64,000 bases of DNA from an uncultured Verrucomicrobiae bacterium (GCA_963764165.1 CAVXRD010000002.1:1760001-1824000); one strand, 5' to 3'. Counted from the stretch's first letter, positions 40,851 through 51,239 are shown. Translations and numbers: made by a program. Notes: a model not told the origin generated them from the letters alone.

Positions 40851-42065
40851 ATGAACAAAAGGCGCAAATCAAGTTTTGGTAGAGACGGCTTTGGGAAGCG
40901 GAACATCCGCCCAAGGAGTCTGGTTGCGAGGAATCGATGCCGCGGCGTGCGTGCGAATCATGCCTCACCCCGAACGCCTCGGCGAGGTGTCCCTACCTTT
41001 CAGAGGCATTGTCAAAATTGGGGCGGCGGGCTGGCGCTTGCTTTGCTTTTAGCCCTTCCCTGCGTGATGCAGGCCCAATTCCTTTTCACCACCAACAGCG
41101 GCGCGCTGACGCTGGCACACTACACGGGCCCCGGCGGAGCGGTCACCGTGCCCGACTATACCAATGGACTGCCCGTCACCAGCATTGGCGCCAATGCGTT
41201 CCAGAACTGCACAGACCTGTTGAGCATCGATATAAGCACGAATGTGACTAACATTGGTGATGGGGCGTTCATGAATTGCTACGGTCTGGAGGACATTACA
41301 ATACCCGACAGCGTTGTCACGATTGGAGCGGAGTCGTTCGACTACTGCTATAACATGACCAGCGTCACGTTCGGAACCAATGTGGCCAGCATCGGAGAAG
41401 GGGCGTTCTATGTATGCTTCAGCCTGGGTTGCATCACGATTCCGGACAGCGTAACGAACATCGGCGAATTTGCGTTCGGATTTTGTGGCAGCCTGTGCGG
41501 CGTTGCGATGGGCGCGAATGTGGCCAGCATTGGGGCGAGTGCCTTTTTCGGCTGCTCCAGTCTGACGAGCGTCGAAATGGGCGCCAACGTCGCAAGCATT
41601 GGGGGCGAGGCGTTCGGTGGCTGCCTCAGCCTGCCCAGTGTGACCCTGCCCAGCACAATCACCAATCTCGGGATCGACGCTTTCGGGGATTGCTCAAGTT
41701 TGACCAATGTCTCTTTCCTAGGCAATTCTCCTGGCTCCGATACGTCCGCGTTCGCCGGCGATACCAATGCAGTCGTTTACTATCAGCCCAATACCACCGG
41801 CTGGGGAGCATCTTTTGGCGGCGCGCCTACGTGGAATCCGCAAATCCAGACACTCGGCGGCAGCCTCGGAATGGAGAATCATCAATTCGGATTCAATATC
41901 ACTGGCAACAGCAATCTGGTGGTGGTGGTGGAAGCCAGCACAGGCCTGGCCAATCCAGCATGGCAAGCAGTCCAGACTGTCACCCTCAACGGCCAGCCCT
42001 GCCATTTCTTTGATCCCCAATGGACGAATTATCTCTGTCGCTTTTATCGACTCCGATCCCCCTGA
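40851..42065 (+). CDS. BspA-type leucine-rich-repeat secreted protein (start uncertain)
   Basis: IPDSV..IG..AF..C..L repeats; signal h-region LALALLLALPCVMQA; C-terminal EAST.L..P.W...RFYR. Confidence 0.85.
   Translation: MNKRRKSSFGRDGFGKRNIRPRSLVARNRCRGVRANHASPRTPRRGVPTFQRHCQNWGGGLALALLLALPCVMQAQFLFTTNSGALTLAHYTGPGGAVTVPDYTNGLPVTSIGANAFQNCTDLLSIDISTNVTNIGDGAFMNCYGLEDITIPDSVVTIGAESFDYCYNMTSVTFGTNVASIGEGAFYVCFSLGCITIPDSVTNIGEFAFGFCGSLCGVAMGANVASIGASAFFGCSSLTSVEMGANVASIGGEAFGGCLSLPSVTLPSTITNLGIDAFGDCSSLTNVSFLGNSPGSDTSAFAGDTNAVVYYQPNTTGWGASFGGAPTWNPQIQTLGGSLGMENHQFGFNITGNSNLVVVVEASTGLANPAWQAVQTVTLNGQPCHFFDPQWTNYLCRFYRLRSP
40878..40997. repeat. Degenerate family B REP doublet within the 5' end of the LRR gene
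   Basis: GGTAGAGAC ... GAACGCCTCGGCGAGGTGTCCCTACC. Confidence 0.65.
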
Positions 42066-42120
42066 TGAACCATGTTCCTAAACGCCCCGCGCCAACTGGC
42101 TGAATCTACTCACGCATATT

Positions 42121-42591
42121 ATGATCACTACGAAAAAAATTGTCCTGCTCACATTGCTCACGGGCCTGCTTGCGCCGGCCCTCCGCGCACAAACCTATTC
42201 CATCGATTGGCATAAAATCGCCGGCGGCGGCGGAAACAGCGCCGGCACGAACGGCAGCGCCGTTTATGCGCTGAGCGGCACGATCGGCCAGCCTGACGCC
42301 GGCGGCTCCATGACCGGCGGCAGCTACTCTTTGACGGGCGGCTTCTGGAGCATTGTATCTATCGTGCATGCCGCCAGCTCGCCTGTGCTATCCATTGCGC
42401 GTTCAGGCAATGCCGGCGTGGTGGTCTCATGGCCCACCGCGCCCGCTGGATTCACGCTTCAACAAAGCACCAGTTTGTCAACGGCCAACTGGACAACGAG
42501 CGGGTATGCCATTACGACAGCCAACGGAACCAACAGCATCACCATCTCGCACCCAAGCGGCAACTTGTTTTTCAGGCTGGGTAATCCTTAA
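42121..42591 (+). CDS. Small secreted protein (YSIDW..IAGGGG...GGFW domain plus C-terminal domain)
   Basis: Signal peptide; GTIGQPDAG, SLTGGFW; C-terminal QSTSL..W...FFRL. Confidence 0.8.
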   Translation: MITTKKIVLLTLLTGLLAPALRAQTYSIDWHKIAGGGGNSAGTNGSAVYALSGTIGQPDAGGSMTGGSYSLTGGFWSIVSIVHAASSPVLSIARSGNAGVVVSWPTAPAGFTLQQSTSLSTANWTTSGYAITTANGTNSITISHPSGNLFFRLGNP

Positions 42592-42629
42592 AGGGAACGA
42601 ATGCCCCGCGCAGGAACACGGGCTTTGCC

Positions 42630-42746
42630 AGGACAGACGCATCTTGATTCTTGTCATCCATTGAATATCAACGAGCGGCCAGCTCGTTGATTGGCAGGGA
42701 CGCCCGGCGAGGCGTCCCTGCCTCGGAACTAAGATGCGTCTGCCCT
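42630..42746. repeat. Nested inverted-repeat structure containing a family B REP
   Basis: Outer IR 42630-45/42731-46 (15/16); inner hairpins 42667-42691 and 42693-42722. Confidence 0.7.
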
Positions 42747-42763
42747 GTGGGCTATGCTCGTGA

Positions 42764-45700
42764 TTATTGGGCCGAGATAATATAGTAGCCTTGCGTCCCC
42801 GTATAACTCTCCATCACGTTGGTGGGCGAGCCGGTGCCGTTGATGGCAGGGCCGACTTGCGACCATGACGGGCTGGTCAAGCTATTCTTGTAAAGAACGG
42901 AGTAACTGACACCCGCCTCCGTGGGGAATCGCAATTCAAGCTGCCCGCTGGAGATCGAAGCCGTCACGTTGAACGGCTGCGGCGCGGGCACGAGCATGAA
43001 GAACTCCATGTTGCAATACTGCGGGCTGCCGCTCGTGACTTGCAGCGTCTCGAGGCCGGGCCCCGACTGCCCCTGGCCCAGCGAAACAACCACCGGGCTG
43101 CCATTGCTGCCGAACAGCGGAATCCAGTGCCAGGCTTGAAAGCCGGCGGCATTGGGATCGGAGAAGGTTCCCAGTATATTGCTCGTTTGCATCGAGGTGC
43201 CATAGCCGCTGGTTAGAATGCTCATTTGCGTGTTCGTGTAAGCTGGCGTGCCAGCCAGCCGCCCCCAAATGTAGAAGTTATTGGTCGGATAATGCCGGGT
43301 GTAATTGAGCCAGGACCCGTTCGTGAAATAGCAAATATTGAACGGACCAATGGCGGGATCGTTAAATTCTTTCTGAGCCGCAATGAACTTGGGACGAATT
43401 GCATCCGTCGATGGCTGGGTGGCGACGCCGTCGGCCCGGTAATCCATGACTTGCCCTGAGATCATGTTCCATCCCACGTCGATCCCCTGCTGGGCGTAGG
43501 AATTGTTAAATAAACCCTCAGGGAATTCAAAGTAGCTGTTTGTTGCCATCGTGCCGTTGCTGAACTGTCCGGCGGCGACCGCTCCACCGTCACCGGTCGG
43601 GACAGCATTGTCAATGAATTGACCGGCAGTGGAATTTGTGGTGAAATCATAATCAACAGCCTCCCATTGATAATTGGTGGCCGCGAAGTTATCGAAGTTC
43701 ACGGAGTAACTGAACCCGGCCGACGCCGCATTGGTAACAGTCAAGGTGGCTGAGTAAAGCGAGTTGATTCGGATCGGGCATGTGATGGTCCATGTTCCCC
43801 CAAAATCGCTGAAGATCAGGCTGGACGTGACGTTGACCCCGTTCAATACCAGGTTGAAGCCATTCGTGGCGATGGCCGCACCGGCGTTCGCGTCGACGAT
43901 GAAGGTCAGTTCGTTGGTTCCTTGCAGCAGCGAACTGCCGTCTGGGTAGGCATAGATCAATGTGGGAGTTGTGACAGGCTCTGGAGGCGTCAGCATATAG
44001 AATGCGATGTTTGGATTTCCAACGACGACCGGCTTGAGCGTGGCGGTGTTGCTCAAGGTGACCGTAACGATATTGCCGTACTTATCCACCAATGGCAGAT
44101 AAACGTAATTATTATAGCTCGTGTTCGCGTAATTCGATGTGCCAAAAGAGCCAAGATAATTGGAGGTCTGACCGCCTTGCGTTGGATCGCTGGTCACTTC
44201 GTAAAGGGTCTCCTGAACACCCGAACCTGAGGTCGCCGAGTAAAGCCATACATTATAAGTTCCGGCGGGCGCCGAGTTCGTTATATCGCTTCCATAGGTG
44301 CGCGTGTAGTTTTCCCACTGGCCGGGGCTGTTATATCCGACTTCCATCTCGGTAATGTCAGTGTAGTTTGTGTCGCCCGCGGCGGCGGCGTTCGCAAATT
44401 TTTGCTCGATCACTGTGGTGGCAGTTCCCTGCCCCGCGGCGGGTTGGATTACCACCGCGTCATTGGGCCGGTAAGACTTGGCGGCGGTGCGAATGGCGCC
44501 AGCTTCGTCGACGCCAACATTGCCCACTTCACTTCCGGCATAAAGCCCCAAGCCGCCATTGGCTGGCGTGTCCATGAATTGGCCGCCGTTAAAATTGAAA
44601 TCGGAGGCCTCGATCACGAGCACCGGCGCCAGCGTGTCGAACGCGTCGGCTGGCGAGGTCACGGTGATGCCGTTGGCATCCGTGGCTTTGACGACGACCG
44701 AGCTGTAGACCGTGTTCGAGTGCAGAGCGTAGGAGATGTTCGCGGTCCCCGTTCCAAGGCCGGTCACCGTCAAGCCGGGCGACCCGGGCACATTGGTTGC
44801 CGTCGTAGAGGCCGTCCCTCCCAGCGTGGTCGTCGTGACGATAACCTGCACATTAGTTATGGTAAACGCCGCCGAGTTTGCCGTGGCGGTGAAGAATGCA
44901 TTTGTGCAAAGTGTCTCATAGCTTGGCGACATCGAGGGAATTGTCGGACCGAGCGGGACTGCTATCGAACTGGATGCCGCGCTGGCTCCGGCGGAATTGA
45001 CGCCAATCACTTCGTAATAATAGTAGGGGACGCCGGTCACAACACCCGTGTCCGTGTAACTCGTTGTGGCAACTCCCTCGGCTATGAACGAATAGGGGCC
45101 CGCGGCATTTGTAGAACGCAGTATGATATAACTCGTCGCGCCGCTGTCGGTCCAACTCAATTCGACTTGGCTGCTGCCTTGCAGTGATCCGGTCAAATGC
45201 GTGGGAACTGCCGGCACAGATGGAATCGTGCCTCCGGTGATCGTCAGCACAATGGTGCTTCCGTTTTGCGCCAGACTCCCTGTTACGCCGGATGGCAGAA
45301 TGAGATTTGGAGCGGTAACAGTGCCGTTCAGCCCTGAGAACTGAAATAGCGGGATAGCACTTCCAACAGTAGTTCCAGATGGCAATCCGGCGATGATTAT
45401 GGTCAGGGTGCTGTCGGTATCCGGCCAGGTCAGGTTCCCGACATTGACATTGGGGACCGTCAGGCTGGAAGGCGCGAGTTGCAAGGTCACATCATTGGAA
45501 ATCGTAAAATTGCTAATCGGCGCGTTCGTCGTGCCAATCGTTGTATCGAGTCCCATGACGAGCGTGCCGCCAAGGTTCAGGCTGCCCGTGCCGGCTGCGG
45601 TTCCGTCAGTGATCGAACCGAAATTGGTAACGACGCCGCCGGCTGCGATATTTAAGGTGCCAGCCGCCGTTCCTGCCGTTTGTGTCGCCAAAGAAATGCC

Positions 45701-46843
45701 GCCGAACCCCACCAGGAGCGTCCCTGTGGCGCCGACGCTCAATGTCCCATTGGCGGTGCCGCTGGCCGTGGCCGTGTTGGCTATCACCACGGTCGTCGCA
45801 TCAACAACCCCGGTGTCATATTGGAAGACTCCAGTGCCGGTATCTCCGGTGGTTGTGCCGGTGTTGGGATTGGCCCCGACAGTCAGGGTGGATGCTTTAA
45901 TATCCAACGGATTGCCAACAGCCACAAAAGACCCGGAGGTGGTGCCTGTGCCCGTTTGATTGCGATTGCCGACGGTGACGGCCGCCCGGTCGGTGTCGGC
46001 CCCCGACACGCCGCGGATGCGCAGACCGCCGGTGGAAGCGGCAAAAGTGACACTAAACGTGTTTTTGTTGTTGGCAATGTTGATGTTGGCGGCATTGATG
46101 ATGTTGGTGCCCGGACCGAGCACCAGCGTGCTGGCGGGCCCAGCCTGCGCATTGTTGCAGGTGCCGAGGTTAATGGTCGACGCCGTGATGTAATTGCTAA
46201 CCCCCGCCAGAACAAAGTTGCCACCCGCGCGCGTGTTCAGCGAACCGGAGCTTTCTGGCAGAGTCGTGTCCGCCACGCTGATGATGCCCGCGCTGTTGCT
46301 ATAGACGAAGTTATTCAAGCTGGAGAGATTCAAATAGGCCGTGGCGTTGGCGCCGGAAGCCGTGCCATAATTCTCCACCGCCAGATTGGTGCCAGTGACC
46401 ATCAACGTTCCGCCGCCCGTCATGTAGGCATACGTTGCGTAGCCGCCGGCCGCCTTATTCAGCCCGCCGACCAGCATCCAATTGGTGACCACCAACGTTT
46501 GTCCCGAGCCGATTTGCGTAACGTTGTAAGCGGCGGTGGTGGCCGCGGAATTGTAGATCAGGTTGGCCACCCTGCCACTGAAGCCGGGATCGACAATGTT
46601 ATTGACCGTGGTGGAACTGCTGGTGGTGTTGGTGATGCCGAAAGTGGCCGTGTCGGCCGCGCCAGGGGGGCCGCCGGCGGGAGTCCAGCTGGCCGCCGCG
46701 CTCCAGTTTCCGCTGGCGGCATTCCAAATGTAATTTGAGGCATGCGCGCGAGGGGCTGAGGCGGCCATCAATGCGGCCATGAGAACGGCGAGCGCGAAGC
46801 TGGGGGAAAACGGAGACGTTGTGAGGTGACTCGGTTTATTCAT
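42764..46843 (-). CDS. Large secreted protein: beta-helix-like N-terminus, FN3 domain, two CBM-like beta-sandwich regions
   Basis: Signal peptide; WNAASGNWS...SW; G/T/A-rich solenoid; VELSWT..GATSYIILRS..YYYEV; two EA.D[FY].F..GQF.D...G.W.NYTR repeats. Confidence 0.8.
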   Translation of the reverse strand: MNKPSHLTTSPFSPSFALAVLMAALMAASAPRAHASNYIWNAASGNWSAAASWTPAGGPPGAADTATFGITNTTSSSTTVNNIVDPGFSGRVANLIYNSAATTAAYNVTQIGSGQTLVVTNWMLVGGLNKAAGGYATYAYMTGGGTLMVTGTNLAVENYGTASGANATAYLNLSSLNNFVYSNSAGIISVADTTLPESSGSLNTRAGGNFVLAGVSNYITASTINLGTCNNAQAGPASTLVLGPGTNIINAANINIANNKNTFSVTFAASTGGLRIRGVSGADTDRAAVTVGNRNQTGTGTTSGSFVAVGNPLDIKASTLTVGANPNTGTTTGDTGTGVFQYDTGVVDATTVVIANTATASGTANGTLSVGATGTLLVGFGGISLATQTAGTAAGTLNIAAGGVVTNFGSITDGTAAGTGSLNLGGTLVMGLDTTIGTTNAPISNFTISNDVTLQLAPSSLTVPNVNVGNLTWPDTDSTLTIIIAGLPSGTTVGSAIPLFQFSGLNGTVTAPNLILPSGVTGSLAQNGSTIVLTITGGTIPSVPAVPTHLTGSLQGSSQVELSWTDSGATSYIILRSTNAAGPYSFIAEGVATTSYTDTGVVTGVPYYYYEVIGVNSAGASAASSSIAVPLGPTIPSMSPSYETLCTNAFFTATANSAAFTITNVQVIVTTTTLGGTASTTATNVPGSPGLTVTGLGTGTANISYALHSNTVYSSVVVKATDANGITVTSPADAFDTLAPVLVIEASDFNFNGGQFMDTPANGGLGLYAGSEVGNVGVDEAGAIRTAAKSYRPNDAVVIQPAAGQGTATTVIEQKFANAAAAGDTNYTDITEMEVGYNSPGQWENYTRTYGSDITNSAPAGTYNVWLYSATSGSGVQETLYEVTSDPTQGGQTSNYLGSFGTSNYANTSYNNYVYLPLVDKYGNIVTVTLSNTATLKPVVVGNPNIAFYMLTPPEPVTTPTLIYAYPDGSSLLQGTNELTFIVDANAGAAIATNGFNLVLNGVNVTSSLIFSDFGGTWTITCPIRINSLYSATLTVTNAASAGFSYSVNFDNFAATNYQWEAVDYDFTTNSTAGQFIDNAVPTGDGGAVAAGQFSNGTMATNSYFEFPEGLFNNSYAQQGIDVGWNMISGQVMDYRADGVATQPSTDAIRPKFIAAQKEFNDPAIGPFNICYFTNGSWLNYTRHYPTNNFYIWGRLAGTPAYTNTQMSILTSGYGTSMQTSNILGTFSDPNAAGFQAWHWIPLFGSNGSPVVVSLGQGQSGPGLETLQVTSGSPQYCNMEFFMLVPAPQPFNVTASISSGQLELRFPTEAGVSYSVLYKNSLTSPSWSQVGPAINGTGSPTNVMESYTGTQGYYIISAQ

Positions 46844-46957
46844 ATAAAATGTGTTGTGGAACTCGTGCAGATTATTTGGCGGGGCGGGCCATGCCTACCC
46901 CCTCTTTTGGAGGGTGGCTTTTTTCCGTGGTCTATCTATCATCGGGCATTGCCCTGA

Positions 46958-49156
46958 GTGAAAACGGACTGGCCAGCATCCAATCGCGGGACCCGAATGC
47001 TTGTGGGAGCATTGCTCGCGCTTTTTTACGGAGCGCTTCCGGTGCGCGCCGCCGGGCCCATCACCAACGCCGCCGATGTCCTCGCGCTCTCAACCAGCCG
47101 CGCGGCGCAAGGCATCCAAGTCTCCATAACAGGGGTCGTGACCGTCGCGGAACCGTCATGGTCGGGCCGGTTTTTTATGCAGGACGCCAGCGGCGGCGTT
47201 TTTGTCAATAATGTTGGCAAAGCCCAGCCGCAGGTCGGGGACCAGGTGCATGTCACCGGAGTTAGTTTTGCCGGCGGCTACGCTCCATGCGTTACGAAGC
47301 CAAGCTGGATCAGGCTGGGCGCCGCGCCGCTGCCCGAGGCCAAGCCCGTCACCATCGACCGCTTGATGTCCGGCGCCGAAGACAGCCAGCGCATCGCGGT
47401 CTCGGGAATTGTTCGATATGCCGGCGCCAGCAGCAATCGCCTGGCTCTCGATATTGTTTCCGGCGGCTTTCGCTTGCGCGCGTTTTGCCCGTTATTGCCC
47501 GCGTTCGATCCAATTTCGTTGACAGGCGCCGAAGTCCTGCTCAAAGGCACAGCCGGCACGTCCTATAACGCGCCGCTGCGGCACTTCGTGACCGTCACGC
47601 TTTATGTCCCGAGGCTGGAGGACTTCATTGTCCAGAAGCCGGGCGCCGCCCGGCCGTTCGATGAGCCAGTCCTTTCATTGAATAACATCGCGCAATTTCG
47701 CGAAGATGCTTCCCCCGCCAAGCTGGCCCATGTCAAAGGCTTTGTCGTTTATCAACGCGACGGCCAGGATTTATTTCTGCAAGACGCCAGCGGCGGCCTG
47801 CAAATCAAGAGCCGCCAAACGCTCGCGCTCAAGCCGGGTGATGCCGTCGAGGCTGTGGGCTTTCCCGCCATTGAGAACTTTCTTCCGGTCTTGGACGACG
47901 CCATTTTCCGCAAGACTGGCGAGGCTTCCGTTCCAGTGCAGCCGACCAACGTGGCCATTTCAAACCTGCAAAAAGGCCTCCATCACGGAAGCCTCGTCGC
48001 GATTGAAGGAAAACTCATCGAACGCTCCGAACGCGCTCTGGGCAAAGCCGGCGACAAAGCCAACGCCCTGACCACGCTGGTCTTGCAAAACACCAACCTG
48101 ATTTTTGTGGCCGAGAAATACGCTCCCGACGACGGCTCCCTTGCGTCCATTCCCATTGGCAGCGTTGTCAGAGTGACCGGCGTTTGCTTTCTCGAGAATA
48201 ACGAGAACGGCAAGTTCAAAACATTTCGCGTTCTGCTTCCGAGTTCGCATGACGTCGCCGTGCTGGCGCGGCCTGGCTGGCTGACGCCGCCGCACTTGCT
48301 CATCAGCCTGACCGTTGTCCTGGGCATTTTATTGATGGCGGTCAGTTGGTCAGTCATGGTTTCCAAGAGGAATTCAATGCTCAAGCTGCTCGTGCGCGAC
48401 CGGGAGCTGGCGCAGCGGGAATTGCAGGAGGCGCATGGTCAGCTTGAGGAGCGCGTGAACGAACGCACGGCCCAATTGAAAGTCGAGATGACCGCTCGCA
48501 AGGAATCGGAACTGCAATTCCGCGCCGTGCTGACCGAGCGGACACGGCTCGCGCAGGAGCTTCACGACACATTGGAGCAAACGATGACCGGAATCGCCTT
48601 GCAATTGAATCTTGCGGAAAATCATTTTGAGAAAAATCCGCTCAACGCCTTTCATCATCTCAAGCTCGCCCGCAGCCTGATGCGCCAGAGCCGCGGTTAC
48701 CTGCGCGATTCGGTGATGGGCCTGCGCCAGCGCGCCTCCGAGGAATTCAACCTGGCCGCCGCCTTGAAAACCACCAGCCAGCAAATCGCCGATGGCACCA
48801 ACATCCGCCTCGAAGTCCAAACGTCCGGCGACCGCCATGCCTTGACTGAAGTGGTGGAAGAAAATCTGTTGCGCATTGGGCAGGAGGCGGTCACCAACGT
48901 TGTCAAACATGCGGACGCGACTCGGTTGAATGTGGAACTGCAATTCGCGCGGGGCAACGTGGTCCTTTTGGTCCGGGACGACGGCAAGGGTTTTGACGCC
49001 GCGCATCCCGCCGGCCCGAGGGATGGCCATTTTGGCCTCTTGGGCATGAGCGAGCGGGCGGCGCGGCTGGGCGGCCAATTGGTCGTCACCAGCGCCCCCG
49101 GCGCCGGGACATCGGTGCGGGCGGAAATTCCGACCGAACATCCCACCGGAGCTTGA
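46958..49156 (+). CDS. Membrane sensor histidine kinase (HisKA_3/NarX type) with repeated extracytoplasmic domains
   Basis: ERTRLAQELHDTLEQ, QEAVTNVVKHA, DDGKGF, GLLGMSER; two F.QDASGG repeats; one TM helix (alternative start 46997). Confidence 0.92.
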   Translation: MKTDWPASNRGTRMLVGALLALFYGALPVRAAGPITNAADVLALSTSRAAQGIQVSITGVVTVAEPSWSGRFFMQDASGGVFVNNVGKAQPQVGDQVHVTGVSFAGGYAPCVTKPSWIRLGAAPLPEAKPVTIDRLMSGAEDSQRIAVSGIVRYAGASSNRLALDIVSGGFRLRAFCPLLPAFDPISLTGAEVLLKGTAGTSYNAPLRHFVTVTLYVPRLEDFIVQKPGAARPFDEPVLSLNNIAQFREDASPAKLAHVKGFVVYQRDGQDLFLQDASGGLQIKSRQTLALKPGDAVEAVGFPAIENFLPVLDDAIFRKTGEASVPVQPTNVAISNLQKGLHHGSLVAIEGKLIERSERALGKAGDKANALTTLVLQNTNLIFVAEKYAPDDGSLASIPIGSVVRVTGVCFLENNENGKFKTFRVLLPSSHDVAVLARPGWLTPPHLLISLTVVLGILLMAVSWSVMVSKRNSMLKLLVRDRELAQRELQEAHGQLEERVNERTAQLKVEMTARKESELQFRAVLTERTRLAQELHDTLEQTMTGIALQLNLAENHFEKNPLNAFHHLKLARSLMRQSRGYLRDSVMGLRQRASEEFNLAAALKTTSQQIADGTNIRLEVQTSGDRHALTEVVEENLLRIGQEAVTNVVKHADATRLNVELQFARGNVVLLVRDDGKGFDAAHPAGPRDGHFGLLGMSERAARLGGQLVVTSAPGAGTSVRAEIPTEHPTGA

Positions 49157-49179
49157 ACGCAGATGCCAAGGCGAAACCC

Positions 49180-49812
49180 ATGTCAAACACACAAGCCAAA
49201 ATCAAGATTCTAGTCGCGGACGATCATTACGTGGTGCGCATGGGCGTGACCGCCATGATTAACAATGAGCCGGACATGGAAGTCGCCGGCGAAGCGGCCA
49301 ACGGCAGCCAGGTGATTGATCTATTCGAGCGGCAAAGGCCGGATGTGGTCCTCCTGGATTCGCGCATGCCGCATAAAAACGGGGTGCAGGCGGCGCAGGA
49401 GATATTGCAGCGTTTCGGCAAAACGCGCATCATTATGCTGACAGCGTTCGACGGCGACGAAGACATTCACAAAGCATTCTGGGCCGGGGCGCAAGGTTAC
49501 GTCTTGAAGAACGACACCGAAGAGCAGCTCATTCCCGCCATCCGCGCGGTCTTTGCCGGGGAAGGCTGGATCCCGAACGAAGTCAACGAGCGCCTGGCCC
49601 AACGCGAGAAATTCGAGCCTTTAACACCGCGCGAACTGGAGGTATTGCAGGAACTGACCAAAGGCCTGGCCAACAAACAAATCGCCGATCTGATGAACAT
49701 CTCACCGCACACGACCAAAGGGCACATGAAAAGCATCCTCAGCAAACTGCACGCAGCCGACCGCACAGAAGCCGTGATGGTGGCAATACGACGAGGACTG
49801 ATACACGTTTAG
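49180..49812 (+). CDS. NarL/LuxR family response regulator
   Basis: ADDH, LLDSRMP, LTPRELEVL..GLANKQIA. Confidence 0.95.
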   Translation: MSNTQAKIKILVADDHYVVRMGVTAMINNEPDMEVAGEAANGSQVIDLFERQRPDVVLLDSRMPHKNGVQAAQEILQRFGKTRIIMLTAFDGDEDIHKAFWAGAQGYVLKNDTEEQLIPAIRAVFAGEGWIPNEVNERLAQREKFEPLTPRELEVLQELTKGLANKQIADLMNISPHTTKGHMKSILSKLHAADRTEAVMVAIRRGLIHV

Positions 49813-50957
49813 GATTTGGCCACTTCAAACTTGTCCGGCAGCAGGCCGCGTTCAACACAATGCCGGAAATTCCATTCCGTCCCTTTCTCCATCTTGTAGC
49901 TCCAGAAAAACCAGCCGCACGCCTCCTCGTAATTCAAGAGTTGCGTGGCCGCGTAAGCGCGCGTGGCGGCCACAGTTTGCAGCGGGGACAAGCCGCGGGT
50001 TGATCCGCCCGGCCAGCCAAGCGACCATTCGCCAATCATCGTCGGCAGCTCTTCCCGCTGCATTCGGTCGAGATCGCTTTTTCGGTCGAGCGTGAACTGC
50101 AACTGCTCGCGAGCGGTGCGGTCTTTGTCTTTCTTGGTGAAGCATTGGTACCAATGGGTGTCAAGTATTACGTTTTTGCACGCGGGCTCGCGCATGAAAT
50201 TTTTCCACGCAAACGGCCGGAACGAATCGTGAAAGACAATCGCCACCCTTGGGTCCAGGTGATTGCGCAGTCGCGCGTAGGCATCAAGATAAAACTGCTG
50301 AAGAATCGCCAGCGGCACCGATTGCTTGGGCTCGTTCAAAAGCTCGATGCCAAACAGCGCCGGATGATCGCCGCAGGATTGCGCGAAGCTCTCCAAAACG
50401 CGCAGCGTCTCCGCAATGTTCTTGGGGTCTTTGTGCCAGTTGATCGGGCCGCTGCGGCCGCTGTGGTCCCAGCCATTCTGGCTGCCGGGCGCCCCGTGCA
50501 AATCCAAAAGCACTTTGAGCCCGTTTTGCTGCGCCTGGTCGAGCGCGAACCGGATGTGCCGCGAACACTCCACGTACGGTTTTTCCGCCTCCAAAGCCCA
50601 ATAGCCAACTGGCAGCCGAACCGCATTGAGCCCGCACTGCTTGATCCAGCGAAAATCCTCCGCGGTGATGAATTCGTCGCGATGCCGCTCCAGTCTTGCT
50701 TTTGCTTGACTGCCCAGCGCACTGCAAAGATTGTATTCGTCTTCGGCATCAGTGCCCGCGTAAACCGAAGGCACCATCCATTTTTCGAGCACGAGCCACG
50801 CCCCGAGGTTCACTCCCCGGATCGTGGCGGCCTTGGCGGGATCCTCCGCCGGCTTCTGCCCGCTTGCAGCCGCCATCTCCACGGCGGCTGCCGGCTCGCT
50901 CAAGGCCAGGGCCAAGCCGCCGGAAAGGGCGCTCTTGATGAACTCTCTTCGTTTCAT
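49809..50957 (-). CDS. Tat-exported GH5 glycoside hydrolase (exo-1,3-beta-glucanase-like)
   Basis: MKRREFIK Tat signal; GVNLGAWLVLEKW, DLHGAPGSQNG, LNEP, IGEWS, GWFFWSYK. Confidence 0.9.
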   Translation of the reverse strand: MKRREFIKSALSGGLALALSEPAAAVEMAAASGQKPAEDPAKAATIRGVNLGAWLVLEKWMVPSVYAGTDAEDEYNLCSALGSQAKARLERHRDEFITAEDFRWIKQCGLNAVRLPVGYWALEAEKPYVECSRHIRFALDQAQQNGLKVLLDLHGAPGSQNGWDHSGRSGPINWHKDPKNIAETLRVLESFAQSCGDHPALFGIELLNEPKQSVPLAILQQFYLDAYARLRNHLDPRVAIVFHDSFRPFAWKNFMREPACKNVILDTHWYQCFTKKDKDRTAREQLQFTLDRKSDLDRMQREELPTMIGEWSLGWPGGSTRGLSPLQTVAATRAYAATQLLNYEEACGWFFWSYKMEKGTEWNFRHCVERGLLPDKFEVAKS

Positions 50958-51239
50958 GCTCGCACGAAGTGAAACAAATAAACGCCAGGCACACCAACCC
51001 CCCTTTCGAGGGGTTCAAGGCGGGAATGGCAAACCTCTGAGATTAAACAGGGAGCAACCGGCGCTGATGGTATTATGCCCCGTCGGGGCGGCACAGGTGG
51101 GAGCAGGTGCAAAAAGGCGAGGCACCGCCCGATCCAACGCGCGCGAATTCTTGCTGTTGCATGTCCCGTGCGCCGCGCTTACCATTCATGCCACATCACT
51201 TATTTTGGCATCATGGCCCCGTAGAATTTGAGGAGTTTT

